Below are positions 56,425 to 64,000 of a stretch of 64,000 bases of DNA, piece by piece. How positions within the stretch are numbered: the first letter of the stretch is position 1; the number at the start of each line of letters is the position of its first letter. Under the pieces are notes generated by a model. The model saw only the letters and a list, made by a program, of their open reading frames with translations. It had not been told where the DNA came from and did no database searches. The position numbers were made by a program, and so were the translations under genes. The stretch comes from Octopus vulgaris (taxonomy: Eukaryota), in the NCBI GenBank assembly GCA_951406725.2, contig OX597827.1, forward strand, positions 4,960,001-5,024,000, in the 5' to 3' direction.

Positions 56425-57266
56425 GTAGATATATCTGTATATACAAATACACATGCATATGTATATATAAAAGAGGATAAACAAAAGCACACAAAGATAT
56501 TTAAAAGAAGAGAAAAATAACAGAAATAAGGAAACACAGAGTAGTTAGATTAAGAGCAGACGTGATGCTTAAGTGGAGTGAAGAAGAAAAAGTCTCTGGT
56601 GAATTCACTTTGAAAGTATGTATTTGCCAAGATGGTTAATGGATTGCTGCCATAGAAATCCGCTGAGTGGCTTTGCTGTCAGTGGAAAATGGCAGTAGAA
56701 GGCATTATTAGCCACTGAGATATATGAGGAAGTAAGAAGTGCATCCTAATCCTTCTGGGTCAAAGATGGCAAGGTTAGCATGAAAGAAGATAAATATTTT
56801 TTTGTATACAGCAAAAGAACCCTCACAGGGACAGTAGGTTGCCAAGGAAACATGTTAGGCTAACAAAGAAGCTGGAATGGTCTCAAAACATTCATGATAA
56901 AATTGCTTTTCCTTTCTTATATTCTTTGCCTTTTTTTTTTCCTTATTTCCTTTTACTTTCTTTTTTTTTCTTTCTTATTTTGTTTTCTTTCTTTTTTTCC
57001 CCCATTTTTCCAGTTATTCTTTGTATTTGTGGTAGATATAGTCTTCCATAGATTCTCTCAGATCAAGTTTAATTATACCAGTTGGCAGGTTTTCTTCCTG
57101 ACAATCATACATTTTTGATTAACATTTACAATAAAAGAATATTCTGCTTGAAAACAAAGACTTTTGTCAACTATCTAGTTGAGTTAATTAAACCTACCAT
57201 CTAGACTTTACTTCTTTCTAAGATAACATTTTTTGAATATGACACACACACACACTTATATATGTA

Positions 57267-57325
<59 letters not shown>

Positions 57326-57631
57326 TGTAGATATTGCACCATTGTTTTCTAAGATATCATGCTTAAAATTCTCAAAATTAAAAAAATAAAACAATATCTT
57401 GCATTCTTTAGGTTTATGTTGTCACGTATAAGATTATTTTCTAATATCACTTTAAAAATTAACCTTCATTAATCAAGAATTTTTGAAATAATCATTTACA
57501 TGTAATGACATTACAAACAGATAACATGCTTCATCCAATTAAATTCTCACATTGTGTATGTGGGTGGGTGGGTGGGTGCATATTTGCGTGTGCTTGCAAA
57601 ATGCTTAAAATAAATAAACAAAAGTAATTGA

Positions 57632-57685
<54 letters not shown>

Positions 57686-57989
57686 AAATTTCAGCTTATA
57701 TATTAATTTATTTTATACATAGCAATGAGCAAGTCATGCACATTAGCTTAATGCAGTATATATTATGCATTTTGAAAACTGGCCAGTTTTAGAATGGCAA
57801 GCCTATACAATAAACTGAGATTAAGATAAAAAAAAAAACAATTAAATTAAAAGGAAGAGAAAGAAATTAACAATTCAAGAACTCATTAAAATAGCAACTT
57901 AGTGGCGGGGGGGTGGGGGGAATGTAAAGATTTTAGAATCTGGCAAAAAACAAAAAAAAGTAAAGATAAGAATGTATGTTGTATTTGTG

Positions 57990-58454
57990 TTTGTGTGTGT
58001 GTGTATACATATACATGCATGTGTGTGTATATTTATACATCAACACATACATACACACACACACATATATATATATACACATATATGTATATATATATTT
58101 ATATATATATACACATATATATATATATTCATAAATATAAACATGTATATGTATGTAAAGATATATATATATACACCTATATGTGTGTGCTTATATACAT
58201 CAACACGCACACACATATATACACACATATATATATATATGTATATTTATATATACATACATGTATATCTATCTATATATATATACTTGCATACATGTAT
58301 ATACATACACACACACACATATATATGTATATACATATATATGTACACACACATACATATATATAGATATGTATATATATACACACATACATATACATGC
58401 ATATGTATATGTGTGTATATATATATATATCTATACGCACAAGCACATACCCAC

Positions 58455-58508
<54 letters not shown>

Positions 58509-58610
58509 ATTCATACGTATGTATAAGCATACACACATGCACATATATGTATTTATACATACATGGATAGACACTCACACACACACACATACATACACAT
58601 ACACACATAT
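57990..58610. repeat. Compound (AT)/(AC)/(GT) microsatellite field
   Basis: Read directly. Confidence 0.9.
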
Positions 58611-58849
58611 GAGCACACAAGGAATCATGTATATGAATAAATATATTTGAATTTGTCCATAGGTAAAACAAAACTGTTTAGATAATTGTATATTATACAG
58701 AGGAAAATGACAGTGGGTTTCAATGCACACCAAAACATTAAAACAAATTGTGAAAAAAAAGCAACAACCAGACAAAAACTAAATAAGCAAAATAATATTT
58801 AAAAAAAAGTGTTTATCATTCTTTAAGTACAATTAATATAGTTTGTGTG

Positions 58850-58889
<40 letters not shown>

Positions 58890-59166
58890 CATATATACAT
58901 ACATATATATGAGACAGATGTGTGTGTGTAAATGTATATACATCCACATATAAACATTCTCACAGACACATGTTTATATATATTTTAAATGATAATGTAC
59001 CTAAACCTGAAATATAATGCTGTATATATATATATATGTTAGTGAGCACTCACTTACTCTACACTGGCCTTCTTTATATATATATATCTTTCACATACAT
59101 ATGTTCATGTGTACGTATATCAAATATATATGTATTGAAAGCACCTATATATATTTGTACTCTCAT

Positions 59167-59198
<32 letters not shown>

Positions 59199-59436
59199 AC
59201 ATGCACGCACATATGTATTCATGTATTTATCTGTTCATATGGGCATATACATCTGTGTGTGTGTGTGGTGCGTGTGTGTGTATGTGTGTGTGTGTGTGTG
59301 TGTGTGGCTATAACGTATTCATTAATCTATATACCTTTCTCAAATGTATTTTTCTGTCATTGTACATACAAACATGTGTGCACATACATATGCTCAGAAA
59401 TGCACATACTTTATATATATATACACACTCACCCAC

Positions 59437-59467
<31 letters not shown>

Positions 59468-59994
59468 CATACATACATACAGTTATGTGTATGTATATGA
59501 AGTTAGATAATAAACATATGATAACCTATACATATCATGTGTGTGAGTGTGTGTGTGTATATTTATATATAGTTATAGCCATACACACTCAGAAAGAGAA
59601 AAACATATTAAATGAAGAAAGTTAAAGAGGAAAGGGTGTAGAATAGAGAGATACAGACTTGGAAAGTGAGAAATAGTCTGCAAAATATTCGTGTGGCAAA
59701 AGGAAAAAGTGTAGAAGTATCTGAGCCCATGTGCATGAGTAAAAGTGGTTGCATACATATATATAGACACATACACACACGCACACACGTGTGTGTGTGT
59801 GTGTGTGCATATGTGCAAACATGGGTGAGTATACATATGTATGCGAATGTTGGGTGGTTGTGTATGCGATATATACACACATTCACACATGTATTGTTAA
59901 GACTTTACCATTTGCATGTAAACATACATATAGAGAAAAGCAGATATACAGGAAACATGAATGAATGGATGAGAGGCAGTTGATCAAGCAGGTA

Positions 59995-60059
<65 letters not shown>

Positions 60060-60694
60060 AGGTTGACTGAGAGAAAGCAAGCAAAGAGACAGCTTGGGCA
60101 AAACAGAAGAAGAGAAAGAGAGAGAGTAGGGTCTTTGACAGAAACTATTTAACTATTTGAAAATGAAAGTATTCATGTCATTTTTTTAAAATTTTGCCGA
60201 AAGAGATATTAATGTTTGTTTATGCTGCAGAATATGTTACCTTTCTAATACTTTCTAAGTAATATATAGAATATAATTTAGGAGAAAAGAATCTAGAAAC
60301 TAACTGATTCTACACTTTCTGAAGTGAATAATTTCTTTCAAAACTATTTCATTCCAGACTTTAATCTTATTTTAGTTGCTTCTGTATACCTCATGTATAC
60401 AGTGAAAAATGATTTAAGTAGCATTTATGAAGTTGAAGTGTTATTAAATTCAGCTTTTGTATCAAAAATCATATTAAAAAAAAACATTCCTTCATTGGTC
60501 AAAAATGACTTTTTTTCAATTATTTTTTACAAGTAATTTCATAAGACTTCTTTAGAAGAGTTATAAGACAGATCATTAAAAGAAAAAAAAAAGAAGAAAA
60601 TAACAAACCAAAACTAAGTACTTCTACTATTTAAACTTTTAGGGTTATTAAATAAACCAAGAGTAGAAAATATAGAAAAGAACTGCATACTCAC

Positions 60695-60900
60695 CTATAT
60701 GGGAAAAATTTCTGTAGCTTACGTTCAACTCAGATGTGTGTATCCTGCTGTAGATCTGTACAGTTACTGCTGCTGTTATGAGCAAGCAGTGTTATTTATA
60801 TGTAGCTTAGTCTGTGTTATGTGAATTTGAAAGAGAGGTCTGCAGTCTTATCAAGAATGGTGTGTATGTAATATCTGCTGCAACCAATGATTGGCAGGTT
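60695..60900 (-). promoter_or_regulatory. Candidate promoter and first non-coding exon of the protocadherin
   Basis: Unique-sequence island with back-to-back CCAAT boxes (CCAATgATTGG, 60884-60894) and minus-strand donors AG|GTGAGT (exon end 60695) and AC|GTAAGC (60723). Confidence 0.4.
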
Positions 60901-60980
60901 ATGGTTCCCGAGAAGGGGAAGCAGAAAACTTGCTTTCTGGTTTTACTGTAGAGTAAATATAAAATAGAGAAGAGTTACTT

Positions 60981-61012
<32 letters not shown>

Positions 61013-61070
61013 CGTGTGTGTGTGTGTGTGATTACATCCATATATATATATATATGATGATGATGATATA

Positions 61071-61169
<99 letters not shown>

Positions 61170-61682
61170 GTGTGTGTATATTTATGTGTATGTGTGTGTG
61201 AATACATGCACACACACACACACACACATATTTATATATTTATATATAAATGTTTATATATTTCAATAATCTTTATATATTTGATCTAAAATGTTTACAC
61301 ATCTTTTGAACAATTTTTATTACATATTTCTTTCTTTAGAATTTTGAGTAATAATTTTAGGTGAAGTTTACAAAAATGGAAGAGCTCTCATGTAGTTTCT
61401 TAAAATCTCTAAGCATACATAATGTCTATTAACTTTTTATTAAATCAGAACTTTTTAACAGAAAGTGTACCCAATACATGTTGTTGAGTATATTTATTTG
61501 CACCGAAACAGGTAATTTGCTCAGAGTTTCTTAATCAGTGCAGTTATATGTGTGTACATGTACATGCGTCTGTGTGTGTATATGTGTACATGTGTTATTT
61601 TCTTTGATGATCTGGCATTTGTACCTGAAGGACCTCTATGAGTTAGAAACTCTGAGTAACAATGGAGTGAATCACTACCAAC

Positions 61683-61785
<103 letters not shown>

Positions 61786-62130
61786 GTTGCTTTCTGTATA
61801 CATTATGAACAATTATATGTTTATGTATATTTAAAATATTTATATTGACCTTGCCTTTAGGATAAACAATAAATATAATACTAATGTTACACTCAATATG
61901 TACATAATATGTAAAGTACTAATTTTTATCTATTTATGCAGAATAGAATTAATTTACTATTACTATTATTATAACTTGCATGTGTTTATAAAATCACTTT
62001 GAATACTACACACACACTTTTGTGTAAGTATATATATATTTATGTGTGTATATGTGTGCTTGTGTATATATTATATATATTGATATAGATATATATAGAT
62101 GTGTATGTGTGTATGTATATATGTGTGTTT

Positions 62131-62247
62131 CCGAACCACATGGTTCTGGGTTCAGTCCCACTGCATGGCAAGTGTCTTCTGCTATAGCTTCAGGCTGACC
62201 AAAGCCTTATAAGTGGATTTGGTGGACAGAAACTGAAAGAAGCCCAT

Positions 62248-62295
<48 letters not shown>

Positions 62296-62503
62296 TATAT
62301 TTGTGTGTCTGTGTACCCCCACCATCACTTTATAAGTGATGTCAGTGTGCTTACATCCCCATAACTTAGCAGTTCAGCAAAAGAGACCAATAGAATAAGT
62401 GCTAGGCTTACAAAGAACAAGTCCTAGAGTCGATTTGTTTGACTAACGGTAGTGCTCCAGCATGACCACAGTCAAATGACTGAAACAAGTAAAAGAATAA
62501 AAG
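62131..62503 (+). mobile_element. SINE family A, 5'-truncated
   Basis: ACCACATGGTTCTGGGTTCAGTCCC ... GACTGAAACAAGTAAAAG. Confidence 0.85.
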
Positions 62504-62536
62504 AACATATATATATATATATATATATATTCTTAA

Positions 62537-62627
62537 GAATATTATTGACAATGATTTCAAAGTTTTCAAGTTTGGGCTGATGATGGGTTAACTTGCTGAA
62601 ACTTCGAAGTCACTATCAATAATATTC
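62537..62627 (+). other. Hairpin with a hammerhead-ribozyme-like core (degenerate)
   Basis: 27-bp arms (23 Watson-Crick pairs) enclose GTT / short stem / CTGATGA (62577) / spacer / GAAAC (62598). Confidence 0.45.
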
Positions 62628-62733
62628 ATGTTTAAGAATAGTAAATTTGTACTGAGCAAAAGTACAGAGTAACCACTCAGATTAATGTAGATTGTTTTTT
62701 ATTATAACTGAACTTAAAAAACATACACACACA

Positions 62734-62773
<40 letters not shown>

Positions 62774-64000
62774 TATATAGATATATATATATACATACGT
62801 ATGTGTATATGTATGTATGTGAGTATGTATGTATACTTTTTCTTTTTGTATGTTATGCAGTCATAACTTTTAAAATATTTTATACTTTAAGTAATAAACT
62901 GTGTTATAGTTATATCAAATTATCTATGTATAGACGGTATTTAGATTTTACATTATTTATTGCATGCATAACAGTAACAGGAATTTTAGATGTATACAAT
63001 GAACATTGGGTTAAAGTTTCATATAAGTGTAGATCACATGTATAGATTTTTACACTTGGTTTACATTGCAATATCATTAGCTTCTATATACACCGTATAA
63101 AAATACTATTTTCCTCTGAAAGTAATTTTCTTAATAAAAAAAAAAAAAAGAAAGAATTTAAACAATATAGCAGATAAATATTAAAAATTTAAATGAAAGA
63201 TTATCTCTCAACCGAAGCATTCAATTTTTAATCATCTTTGTCTAAAATATGCAATTTATGTATTGATTGAGAAGTTATCAATATATCAATAGATTATTGT
63301 TATTTGGCTATTAAGGATTAATTTTCAATTATTTCTTCTGCATTTTTGATATCAGAAATAGTAATTATGTAAAAAAAAAAAATGAAAAATTGGAAGAAAT
63401 ATTTCTAAAAAACACATAAAAGAATTTCCATATCTAAATTAATATTTTCTAGAGTAGAGTTTTTTTTTTTTCCTTTCCTTATCTATAATAAATATGTAAA
63501 AAGAATTAAAGCTGCACAATAAATTATAGAAAAAAAAGTCTTTGGGATAATCATTTCTAATTAAAGAAATACTTCCACCTCTCTGCATAATTTTCTTTTG
63601 ATTAAATGAACACTTCAAAAGAAAACTATTTGTATTATCTAAATATAATGAATAAGCATGATTATGCCTACGCACACACATGCACACACTCTCATGCACT
63701 CACACACTGATACATACACACACTATTGCCTTGTGCCAAGAGATTTTAGCCTCAACGCCAAAGACAAAGTAAACAAAAAACACAAAAATAGTGAAAATTG
63801 TTTGACAGAACTTAGTATTTACACAATTTTACATATTAGTATGTTTGTATAAACATATGCACACTAATTTATGCATGTGTATATGTGCATATATATGTAT
63901 GTATATGTATGTATAATGTGTTTATATATGTATATGTATGTTTACGTGTGTGCATATGTGAGGGTGTGTGTGTGTGTATATGTGTGTTCTGTAATGAAAA

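Overview
This is AT-rich, microsatellite-dense eukaryotic DNA. The repeat families and the protocadherin style point to a coleoid cephalopod, most likely Octopus (inference). One host gene dominates the window: a minus-strand protocadherin. A single 2.4-kb exon (55884-53439) encodes the signal peptide, six cadherin repeats, the TM helix and the start of the tail, but a 1-nt frameshift in a homopolymer near 54570 interrupts it. A phase-matched 151-nt candidate cytoplasmic exon lies 43 kb downstream (10423-10273) and ends in a GC-type donor. A candidate first non-coding exon and CCAAT promoter lie near 60.7-60.9 kb. The rest is mostly intronic transposon debris: three SINE-like families, two Penelope-like RT relics, two R4/Dong-like LINE relics, a DD34D mariner abutting a DD37D maT element, piggyBac-, hAT- and Helitron-type non-autonomous elements, several hairpins (one with hammerhead-ribozyme-like architecture) and long simple repeats. 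Almost all short ORFs in the track are microsatellite or SINE artefacts.
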